DNA of 64,000 nucleotides from a virus: positions 256,001 to 320,000 of IMG/VR virus record IMGVR_UViG_3300045988_170943, one strand, 5' to 3'. The notes beneath the pieces were generated by a model that did no database searches, had not been told where the DNA came from, and was given only the letters and a program-made list of their open reading frames with translations. A program made the position numbers and the translations under genes. Each line of letters opens with the position of its first letter. Position 1 is the first letter of the stretch. Below are positions 47,509 through 55,728 of this stretch, piece after piece.

Positions 47509-49758
47509 GTGAGCGATAGCGCGAAGGGCCGTCAGATCAGCGACGTTGAGGCGTGGTCTATCGAACAGCGGGCATACGACATTCTCACAGGGCGTCGTAT
47601 CCGGCCACTGAACAAGTACGAGCAGAAGGTGTACGCGGACATCATCACCCGAGCCACATCTGACGGTTGGTTTCCGTCATTCAAGATGGGGTTCGCAGTG
47701 CTGGTGCCATTCATGGACGCTACTGCTCGAACCGCGTATGTTGATCAGTATGGCAGACTTGGACTGTCGTATGAACTGATTTACGCTCTTCCTTTCGAGG
47801 AGCAGGTGACCATCATTGTGCATGAGGTAATGCACATGCTCAGCAACCACATTACCCGCGGCAAGGCACTAGGTTTTGCGGACCTCCTGGACTGCAACAT
47901 CGTGAGCGACCTGGAAGTTAACACGGCCCTTGAGCGGTCCCCCAAGGCAGTACTCACGACAGGGATCCTTCCACAGAACTACAATCTTCCAGTCATGAAG
48001 ACCATGGAATGGTACTTCAAAAACTGGAACGACGACTTGACGGAACTGAAAGAACGTCAGCAGGAGGACCCCACCAATGGTCTCCCAAAGCCCCGCATGT
48101 CGCCGCTACCTAGCCAGGATGGCAGTAATGATCCCAAGGAGGATAGCGGCCAGCAGCCCAACCAGGACGCGGGCGACAACCCAGGGGGTGATTCTCAAAG
48201 CCAGGACAATAGTCAGGGTGATGGCGACAGTCCCCAGGAAGACGACTGCAACCAGGGTGATGACCCTGACAGCAATGAAGACACCCAGGCGAAACCTGAC
48301 AGCCAAGACAGAGCCCCTACCCAAGAGGGCTCTCAGGATGACACCAGCGGCGACCCCACAGACACCAGTGCCAACAGTAGCGAAGATTCCAACAACCGCC
48401 AGGACACCCCGAGTAACGACAGTGACTCGCAAGAACAGGGAGACAACCAGAGATCTGACTCTCAGGCCAGCAACAACCCGCAACAGGACGATTCTGAGCA
48501 GGGGCAGTGTAGTACACCTGACGGAGCCCAGGGCGAGGACAGTACCGGTTCCACTGGCAACAGTGGTGGAAACCAGCAGGGCTCATCTTCTGGCTCTAGC
48601 GGCCTTAACGAGGCGGGAAACTCTGACACAGCCACAGGAGACAACCCCAACAGGAACAGTCACTCTGACCCCAATGCGAGGGGAGACAGTCCTGGCGGAA
48701 ACTCTAGCAGCAACACCCTAGGCGGGAATGGTAGCAGTCCTAGCAGTGCGGACAGCGACAGTGGTCCAGTGACACCGCAGATTCCCATGTCACCCGAGTT
48801 CCCCAACGATCAGGACCAGGGGGCCAGTAACGGTTCCCGACTGGCCGCCAACCTTGACCAGATTCCAGGCGCACTAGGGGACGTTCTAAGGAACTACAAG
48901 CAGGAGATCCTTGAACGTCGGCTCAAACAGGCACCCAACCGCACCCACATGTGCGACAACCCCAGTGAAGCACGCGAAAGCGAGGCTGACGATGCGGGGA
49001 TCTACCGACAGAGCGTGTCCGCACAGAATAACGCCCGCGACAACGTTCGAGCCGAGTTGAAGAATGAGATCGCCTCCGGTAAGGCCGCCGGTAACGGGAC
49101 AGCAAACTTCGTTACCGCAATGGTGAACCTCATGGCCCCACCGAAGGTGGCCTGGCAGGACATTTTCAGGAGAAAAACCAGCCGCGTTGTTGGTGACCTC
49201 GTGGTTGGTAAGAACGTCAAGACCTACACGCGCACAGACCGCCGTTATGGGGGCGGTAGGGGGCAGGCTATCTTCCCCGGCAAGAAGAACATCGCTATCA
49301 AGGTGACAGTTGGGGTTGATCAGTCCGGTTCCATTGACGGTGACGACAATCGTCGCATGCTGGGAGAGGTCGCCGGAATCCTCAAGGAAGCAACAAAGGC
49401 GACACACGACGGTATCAAGTTCTTCACCGTGGACACCGAGGTGAAGAACATTCAACCAGTCAAGCGGCTCGAAGACCTTAAACTGATCGGTGGTGGCGGC
49501 ACAAGGATGGGGGCGGCCTTCGAGTACGTCAACAGCCTCCCCCCGAGGGATCGTCCTGACCTGTTCGTTCTTGCCACTGACGGATTCCTGCTCGACGAAG
49601 ACTGGGAGAACATCTATAGGCATGTGACAAGAACCCACAATGGGCGACTCCTGTACCGGACAGTCATCCTTGTCACCAACAAGGAGCGCTACGACGCATG
49701 CCCCATTAAGGTGAAGAACGCTACTACGGTCATCTGTATCGACGACGGGGATGAGTGA
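47509..49758 (+). CDS. Zn-metallopeptidase (HExxH) plus C-terminal von Willebrand A (MIDAS) domain protein, MoxR-partner type, with a ~230-aa acidic disordered linker
   Basis: N-terminal IIVHEVMHMLSNH. C-terminal VGVDQSGSIDGDD (DxSGS MIDAS) and GGGGTRMGAAFEYV. The central D/S/Q/N/G-rich low-complexity region spans about nt 48100-48780. GTG start. Confidence 0.6.
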   Translation: MSDSAKGRQISDVEAWSIEQRAYDILTGRRIRPLNKYEQKVYADIITRATSDGWFPSFKMGFAVLVPFMDATARTAYVDQYGRLGLSYELIYALPFEEQVTIIVHEVMHMLSNHITRGKALGFADLLDCNIVSDLEVNTALERSPKAVLTTGILPQNYNLPVMKTMEWYFKNWNDDLTELKERQQEDPTNGLPKPRMSPLPSQDGSNDPKEDSGQQPNQDAGDNPGGDSQSQDNSQGDGDSPQEDDCNQGDDPDSNEDTQAKPDSQDRAPTQEGSQDDTSGDPTDTSANSSEDSNNRQDTPSNDSDSQEQGDNQRSDSQASNNPQQDDSEQGQCSTPDGAQGEDSTGSTGNSGGNQQGSSSGSSGLNEAGNSDTATGDNPNRNSHSDPNARGDSPGGNSSSNTLGGNGSSPSSADSDSGPVTPQIPMSPEFPNDQDQGASNGSRLAANLDQIPGALGDVLRNYKQEILERRLKQAPNRTHMCDNPSEARESEADDAGIYRQSVSAQNNARDNVRAELKNEIASGKAAGNGTANFVTAMVNLMAPPKVAWQDIFRRKTSRVVGDLVVGKNVKTYTRTDRRYGGGRGQAIFPGKKNIAIKVTVGVDQSGSIDGDDNRRMLGEVAGILKEATKATHDGIKFFTVDTEVKNIQPVKRLEDLKLIGGGGTRMGAAFEYVNSLPPRDRPDLFVLATDGFLLDEDWENIYRHVTRTHNGRLLYRTVILVTNKERYDACPIKVKNATTVICIDDGDE

Positions 49759-49848
49759 CCTCAACACTATAGGGGCACCTGCTCACACACGCGGTTTCGG
49801 TAACCTGTCCTCGTACCAGGAAACCAACAAGCGTGAGCAGGTGCCCCT

Positions 49849-51006
49849 ATGCCAAGACAAGCCATCGCCGACAAGACCCTAAATAAGGTCGCAGAACTAG
49901 AGAAGTTCATGAAGTCCCTAAACAAGAACAGTAAGTTCAGGGGGTACAGCGACTCTGATCTTGTCACCAAGTTGGGTGCCAACCCTCCAAAGGTTGAGAC
50001 CATCTCCACTGGCAGCCTCACCCTAGATCAGGCTCTCGGTGGCGGCTTCGGTAAGGGTAGGCTGATCGAAATCTACGGCCCAGAAAGTTCCGGTAAGACA
50101 TCCGTAGCCCTCACCGCTATCGGCAACGTCCAACGGGAGGGCGGCACAGCACTATTCGTGGACGTCGAGTATGCTCTCGATCCCGTATACGCACGCAAAC
50201 TCGGTGTAGACACAAGCACCCTGTTCCTCGCCCAACCAGACACAGCCGAGATGGCGCTGGACCTCATCGAAGAGGTCGCCGGTTCAGGGAGCGCAGACAT
50301 CATCGTCCTAGACTCTATTGCCGCACTCACCCCAAAGGCCGAATTGGAAGGCAGCGCTGAAGACGTGACAGTCGGCCTTATTGCCCGCCTCCTGTCCAAG
50401 CAACTACGCAAACTTGTCGCTATCGCATCAAGGAATAAGAGCACCATCATCTTCATCAACCAGACGCGAGACAAGATCGGCGGATTCTCACCATACGGCA
50501 CCCCACAGACAACCCCCGGCGGCAAGGCTCCCAAGTACTACGCCACCCAGAGGATCAAAGTAGCCCGGGTTGGGAAACCAGACCTCTTCAAGGAAGGCCC
50601 CAACAAGGGGCTGCCCCGAAGCGTCAGAGTCAAGTACACTGTCGAGAAGAACAAGATCGCCCCACCGTTCCGCACCGCAGAAAGCGTCCTGGAATGGAGC
50701 CGCGGCATCAACCAGGCCGCAGAACTGTTCAACGTCGGCAAGGACTACGGCATCCTCGAAGGTGGCAGTGGCGGGCGATACAACCTTCCTGACACAGACT
50801 TCAAACTCCCAGTCGGTGCAGACAAGATTATCCACGAGATCGAAACCAACAAAGAACTCTTCGCCACACTGGAAGAAAGAGTCAGAGACGCCATCGAGAA
50901 GTCATTCAACGAGGAGGTCACCCCGATCCAGGAAGACGATCCCAGTGTTGAGGATGAGCCGCTAGAAGACCTCGAACCGGAAGAGACAGCAAACGCAGAA
51001 TGGTGA
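49849..51006 (+). CDS. recA: RecA-family recombinase (divergent)
   Basis: LDQALGGGFGKGRLIEIYGPESSGKTSVAL ... VDVEYALDPVYARKLGVDTSTLFLAQPDTAEMAL ... IIVLDSIAALTPKAELEG ... FINQTRDKIG matches the RecA core throughout. It has an acidic C-terminal tail. Confidence 0.8.
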   Translation: MPRQAIADKTLNKVAELEKFMKSLNKNSKFRGYSDSDLVTKLGANPPKVETISTGSLTLDQALGGGFGKGRLIEIYGPESSGKTSVALTAIGNVQREGGTALFVDVEYALDPVYARKLGVDTSTLFLAQPDTAEMALDLIEEVAGSGSADIIVLDSIAALTPKAELEGSAEDVTVGLIARLLSKQLRKLVAIASRNKSTIIFINQTRDKIGGFSPYGTPQTTPGGKAPKYYATQRIKVARVGKPDLFKEGPNKGLPRSVRVKYTVEKNKIAPPFRTAESVLEWSRGINQAAELFNVGKDYGILEGGSGGRYNLPDTDFKLPVGADKIIHEIETNKELFATLEERVRDAIEKSFNEEVTPIQEDDPSVEDEPLEDLEPEETANAEW

Positions 51007-51037
51007 CAATAGTCACCACAGGAAACTGAACATCCTA

Positions 51038-51079
51038 CATGGTGGGCACCTAGGAACATTGACCTGGGTGCCCACCATG
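51038..51079 (+). terminator. Perfect 13-bp hairpin (CATGGTGGGCACC / GGTGCCCACCATG, 16-nt loop) between recA and the MoxR-like gene
   Basis: Read directly from the sequence. The loop contains TTGACC. Confidence 0.45.
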
Positions 51080-51131
51080 TGCTATCGTGCCACCTAAGCG
51101 AAGGCAATGCCACACAAGAAAGGAACTTAAC

Positions 51132-52502
51132 GTGGCGGCAGAAGCAAAGGTCCAGGATGCAGACAACAAGGGGATCTGGTGGATTCACGGCGCACAAGAA
51201 GCCCCCGACAAATTCAACGGGCCACTAGACACATTTGAGGACATGGCTCCCAGCGAAATGATGCTGCGAGCATGCATCCTGTCACGTAACGTCGCCGCCC
51301 TAGTCTCAGACCCCGGCATGACAAAGACAGCCACAGTACGATCCATTACACGCGAAATGGGGTACGGACTTGTAACAATTATTGGCGCCCAAAAGGAAGC
51401 CCCAGACATCTCAGGATTCCCCACCAGGGGAACCTACAAGATTACCCTCACAAGCGAGGACGGCAGTACAGAGACCATGGAAGTCCCTGTCACAGAATAC
51501 GCGCCACAGAAATGGCAACACTTCGTCATCGAGAACAAGAAGGTCATCATCTTCCTGGATGAGTTCTCCAACACACACCCGTCCACTCGCGCTGGCATGC
51601 TGTCCTTCATCCAAGACCGCGAGTTCCCCGACGGCACCCCCTTCCCGAACGAAACAGTCATCGTGCTTGCGATGAACCCGACCGAGAGCGCACCCGACGG
51701 CTACGAGTTGGACCCAGCCACACGCAACCGGATCACGTTCATTGAGTGGAAGCCAGATAACGTCAAATGGCGTAAGGGGATGCTCAGCAAGTGGGGGACC
51801 GTCAACCCTCTTAGCAACAACGGCCTATGGCGCAAGGCAATTGTCAACTTCCTTGAGGAAAACCCTGGTCTTATCCACAAGATGCCGACAGAAAACTTCA
51901 ACAACGAGAACTCATCCGAGGTGGTCTACGGCCTAGACGCCTCCGACCCGTCATCTCGGATGGTAGCAAACGGACCCTGGCCGTCCCACCGCACCTGGGA
52001 CTTCCTAGGGGACATTCTAGGTACATCGTTCAAGTACGGAAGCCCCAAGAACCGTTATGTACGCGACCTCCTTGTTCGTGGAACTGTCGGGCCTGAGGCT
52101 GCCGACAAGTTCATTGAGTGGATAAGCCGCAACGGGGTCCTGGATGTCGCCAAGCACCTGAACGATCCTGACTCGTTCAGCCTCCAGCACTGGGCCGACC
52201 TGAAACAGGATGACTGGATGTACATTGTCCAGTCTGGCATCGATAAGAACTACCTGACACAGGCCAATGTCGCAAATGTCGTGCGTCTCTTCGAGATCGC
52301 AGTCGCCACGAAGTGTGAGGCATTCGTGTCGTTCGCTGTCGATGACCTATCCAAGATCCTTTCAACAGTGAGCATGGAGGAGGGGGAGAAAAAGGACCTC
52401 CTGTCCAACCGTATCCACAATACTCTTTGTGACCTTTATGGCGGAGAAAGCCGCCCCACAGAGTACGTTTCACCAAAACGTAAGGTGCGGGGCGAGCAGT
52501 AA
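51132..52502 (+). CDS. MoxR-like AAA+ ATPase
   Basis: Walker A DPGMTKTATV, Walker B VIIFLDEFSN, sensor VLAMNPTE. A GTG at 51132 is preceded by AAAGGAA; the track's GTG at 51087 is an alternative start. Confidence 0.6.
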   Translation: MAAEAKVQDADNKGIWWIHGAQEAPDKFNGPLDTFEDMAPSEMMLRACILSRNVAALVSDPGMTKTATVRSITREMGYGLVTIIGAQKEAPDISGFPTRGTYKITLTSEDGSTETMEVPVTEYAPQKWQHFVIENKKVIIFLDEFSNTHPSTRAGMLSFIQDREFPDGTPFPNETVIVLAMNPTESAPDGYELDPATRNRITFIEWKPDNVKWRKGMLSKWGTVNPLSNNGLWRKAIVNFLEENPGLIHKMPTENFNNENSSEVVYGLDASDPSSRMVANGPWPSHRTWDFLGDILGTSFKYGSPKNRYVRDLLVRGTVGPEAADKFIEWISRNGVLDVAKHLNDPDSFSLQHWADLKQDDWMYIVQSGIDKNYLTQANVANVVRLFEIAVATKCEAFVSFAVDDLSKILSTVSMEEGEKKDLLSNRIHNTLCDLYGGESRPTEYVSPKRKVRGEQ

Positions 52503-52762
52503 AATCTCCGCCCGTTTAAAGGCGTGCGCACAAACTGTGTACACCATGCTGGGCCGTAACCAGGGTAGGCTCTTTCCTTTCTTCCTCCCTGTGGTTACGG
52601 CCCAGCCCCTTCCTATTCCGCTACGAGAGCCTGGGGCGGGTGCTGCGACCTCCTGGACTGTAGGTGCGATGTGGGCCGGGTAGAATGGTGCTGCCCACCG
52701 CAAGTCAGCATTACCATCCGCCGCATAGGGGTGGGGTGCGAGAAGGAACAGAGGACATCCAC

Positions 52763-54226
52763 ATGTCAGACAGGAACGGCCTGTATCTGAGGGCACAGCG
52801 CAGCCTCGTGTCTGCCCTCCTGTTTGACGGCAGTGACGTAAACCGGGCACTGGAGTTCGTGTCCCCGGACGACTTCAATGATTCTGCCCTGAGCGAGATA
52901 ATGGAGTCTATAGCGAATGTTGCTCGCCGTGATGACATGGTGTCTGAGATAACAGTCAGCGAGGACCTTGAAGCCAGAGGAAAACTGGATAGCGTTGGTG
53001 GCGTGAAGACCATCTACGCGCTGCGTGTTCAAGGTGAACGGGCTCTTATGGAGGGTGTGATCACCACCTATGCGGCTGTCGTCCGGGAGTTCTCCAGCAA
53101 GAACTCGATCATGCGGCTTCTGCGTGACGCTGAAGCCATGTTTCAGGAGGACTCAGGTGTCACCGCCCGCGACGCTATCGCGACCCTCCAGGGACAGTTG
53201 AGCAATGAGGTACTGAAACTCACGGATGACGCAACCACCACGGAAGTGTCCGAGTACATCACCTCATACGAAGACATTCTCGCTGAGCGACTACAGATCA
53301 CGGAGGAGAACTCCCAGTACGCTGATGGCCTCCAGGGTATCCCGTCAATGGTGCCATCCCTAGACAAGTACACTGGCGGCTTCAAGGGCGGGGAGATGAT
53401 CGTAGTTGGGGCCAGGACTGGTATTGGTAAGTCCGTGTTCGCGGTCATGCAGGCTGTAGCGACCGCTCAGACCGGGAAGACCTGCCTATTTTTCTCTATG
53501 GAGATGAACCATGCGGAAATCATTGACCGCATGGTAGCGAACGTTTCCGGCGTTGATCAAAGTCGCCTGAAACAGGGGCGCGTCAACCCTGAGGAGATGA
53601 AGTCCGTGAGGGAGGCGATGAAGAAACTTGAAGACATGAACATCATCATCGACACGGACTCAGCCACCACCCTGGACAGTATCAGGTCGAAGGCGCAGAG
53701 GCAGGCTCAGACCAGTATCGGACTGGACATGATCATCATTGACTACCTGCAACTCATGTCCATGCCCGGCAAGTACAGCAACAGGCAGGAAGAAGTTGCG
53801 GCCCTGTCACACCAGATCAAGCAACTCGCCGCCTCCCTGAACGTACCCATCATGGTCCTGGTTCAGATGAACCCGAAGGATGAGCGAGGCAAAGACGGCG
53901 AAGAGATAATGCCGCACCATGATGATGTGCGCGAGTCCAGAGCCATCAGCCATGACAGCAACATGTTCATCATTCTTCACCGCAACACGAAGACCGACAA
54001 CACTGCGGACCGGACTCTCATCATCCTGAGCAAGAACCGTGGTGGCGCAGCCGGAAAGATTGTCGCCTGCCACTCCGACCTTAGTGTTGCCATGTTCCGA
54101 GAAATCAAGAAGGAAGAGGACGTCACCAAGGACAACCTGGACGCTATGGATAGTGACTTCGAGGAGTTCCTAGGTGACGGCGAGACCCTGGACGGCGACA
54201 TCGATCCAGGCGACATCGACTGGTAG
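52763..54226 (+). CDS. dnaB: DnaB-family replicative DNA helicase
   Basis: The N-terminal domain (LRAQRSLVSALLFDGSDV ... FNDSALSEIMESI) and RecA-like core (GGFKGGEMIVVGARTGIGKSVFAVMQA ... LFFSMEM ... IIIDYLQLM) match DnaB. ATG at 52763 with a GAAGGAACAGAGGA RBS. Confidence 0.75.
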   Translation: MSDRNGLYLRAQRSLVSALLFDGSDVNRALEFVSPDDFNDSALSEIMESIANVARRDDMVSEITVSEDLEARGKLDSVGGVKTIYALRVQGERALMEGVITTYAAVVREFSSKNSIMRLLRDAEAMFQEDSGVTARDAIATLQGQLSNEVLKLTDDATTTEVSEYITSYEDILAERLQITEENSQYADGLQGIPSMVPSLDKYTGGFKGGEMIVVGARTGIGKSVFAVMQAVATAQTGKTCLFFSMEMNHAEIIDRMVANVSGVDQSRLKQGRVNPEEMKSVREAMKKLEDMNIIIDTDSATTLDSIRSKAQRQAQTSIGLDMIIIDYLQLMSMPGKYSNRQEEVAALSHQIKQLAASLNVPIMVLVQMNPKDERGKDGEEIMPHHDDVRESRAISHDSNMFIILHRNTKTDNTADRTLIILSKNRGGAAGKIVACHSDLSVAMFREIKKEEDVTKDNLDAMDSDFEEFLGDGETLDGDIDPGDIDW

Positions 54227-54268
54227 AATCAGCAAAAGAGCAAGGATACAGGGGAGAAAGGGCGAACT

Positions 54269-54670
54269 ATGGGGACTACCTCAGCCAGACGGCACCCACT
54301 CATGCTGGGGGAGCAGCCACTACTCGCACTCGATGAGGACGCAGACAACAGTGGCTCTGCTGACGACACCTACCTGACAGAGGAACAGCAGGCTACCCGG
54401 TTCATGAGCCGCTGGCAGGAGAAGGTGGACCCACTGATCAGGTACAAGGACTACTTTGAATCCTCAGCCAAGACCAGTGGTCACATCTTTAAGGAGATCC
54501 GACGATTCTACCTGCAACTCGTCGTCAACGGCAACTGGTCAGACGGAAAGTTCGTCGCTGTCGTCGGCAAGATCATGTCGGACAACCAGCACACGGTCAA
54601 CACTCCAACCCTGGATGTTGTAGGCAGGCAGTACGACCGTGAACAGATCAAGACACAAAGACGTCGCTGA
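54269..54670 (+). CDS. Hypothetical protein
   Basis: 133-aa ORF between dnaB and the loader-like gene. Confidence 0.3.
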   Translation: MGTTSARRHPLMLGEQPLLALDEDADNSGSADDTYLTEEQQATRFMSRWQEKVDPLIRYKDYFESSAKTSGHIFKEIRRFYLQLVVNGNWSDGKFVAVVGKIMSDNQHTVNTPTLDVVGRQYDREQIKTQRRR

Positions 54671-54697
54671 GCAAAGCAACAGCCCAAGAAAGGGGGT

Positions 54698-55570
54698 GTG
54701 ACCCGAACCATCATGGTAACCACATTTAACGACCACATGTCCATGAGCAGCGATCTCGTTGACGTGCCAGTCAGCCGCACAGCCGTCAACCACAACACAG
54801 CCGATTATGAGCGGTTTCGCAAGCACATGGCTGACACAGAAGCCAAGTACCGTGCAGCCGAACGCAAGGAGCGGATCAAAGCCATTCAGCAGAACCTTGA
54901 CATGTGGGACCAGCAGACCCCATCTAGGTGGCGTGGCGCATCCCTGACCAAGATGCCCACCTCAGAGGCAGCACTGATCCTCACCAAGATCAAGAATGGC
55001 CCCAAGGGCGGTAGCGTCCTCATTACTGGCCCAGCAGGTGGCACACGCACCATGCTCGCGTATGCCACTGTCAGGAAGATGCTCGCCCAGGGTGTAGCAA
55101 CCCCCAGCCAAGTATGCATCCTCAGTGAGGATCGCATACTGTCATTCGGTAACGCCGGGTTCAGCGGCCGAGACAGACTCAACGCAGCCCTAGATCCGCA
55201 GTACAGGCTGTACCTCATCGATGGCGCTGGATCTAAGGTCACCTACACAGATCGTGAGGCAGCAGCCTATGAAGAGATCTTGGACCACATCTACAGTCGG
55301 GACCTCATCACCGTCATCACCTCCCCGACCAGTATTGTGGAGTTCGCCCGCAAGTTCAGCGAGACCTTTGAGGCCCGTATCATGGACCTCGTGGGCGACC
55401 GCACCATCACCCTACCCGATGTCAGCGACGCCCGCCCCATGAGCGACAGCAGTAGCGGAGACCAAGCGCGGCCAGTCGGGAGATCTAACACAATCTCCCA
55501 GAGCGACAACCTCCGTCAACCTCCGCCACGAGAGCAGTCAAATAGCAGGTTCGACAACTTCGGGTTCTGA
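54698..55570 (+). CDS. DnaC/IstB-like AAA+ protein with degenerate Walker A (possible helicase loader)
   Basis: KGGSVLITGPAGGTRTMLAYATV has a P-loop with R in place of the invariant K. LYLIDGAG is Walker B-like. It sits right after dnaB. Confidence 0.35.
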   Translation: MTRTIMVTTFNDHMSMSSDLVDVPVSRTAVNHNTADYERFRKHMADTEAKYRAAERKERIKAIQQNLDMWDQQTPSRWRGASLTKMPTSEAALILTKIKNGPKGGSVLITGPAGGTRTMLAYATVRKMLAQGVATPSQVCILSEDRILSFGNAGFSGRDRLNAALDPQYRLYLIDGAGSKVTYTDREAAAYEEILDHIYSRDLITVITSPTSIVEFARKFSETFEARIMDLVGDRTITLPDVSDARPMSDSSSGDQARPVGRSNTISQSDNLRQPPPREQSNSRFDNFGF

Positions 55571-55649
55571 GGTAAGGTCGGCAACACATGAACAGAACCC
55601 GAAGGTTTGACAACTGTGTAAAGTTTCTATTCTGCAACACCAGCGACCA

Positions 55650-55678
55650 TTGAGATCACTTGTGCTGCACGGTATAAT
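55650..55678 (+). promoter_or_regulatory. Near-consensus sigma-70-type promoter: TTGAGA - 17 nt - TATAAT
   Basis: TTGAGA at 55650-55655 and TATAAT at 55673-55678 with an exact 17-nt spacer. An AGGTG RBS lies 6 nt before the ATG at 55729. Confidence 0.5.
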
Positions 55679-55728
55679 CGACGGCAGATTGTACCTTAAT
55701 TCCACCACACCGATTGCAGGTGCCTCTT

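Noticed and set aside
48077-48721. 214-aa Arg/Thr/Pro-rich + strand ORF in an alternative frame of the acidic linker of the peptidase-vWA gene. Similar alternative-frame ORFs occur at 56058-56630, 266-550 and 578-1120.
   Set aside because: These are alternative frames of compositionally biased regions within stronger ORFs. The main frame carries the HExxH, MIDAS and GT51 motifs.
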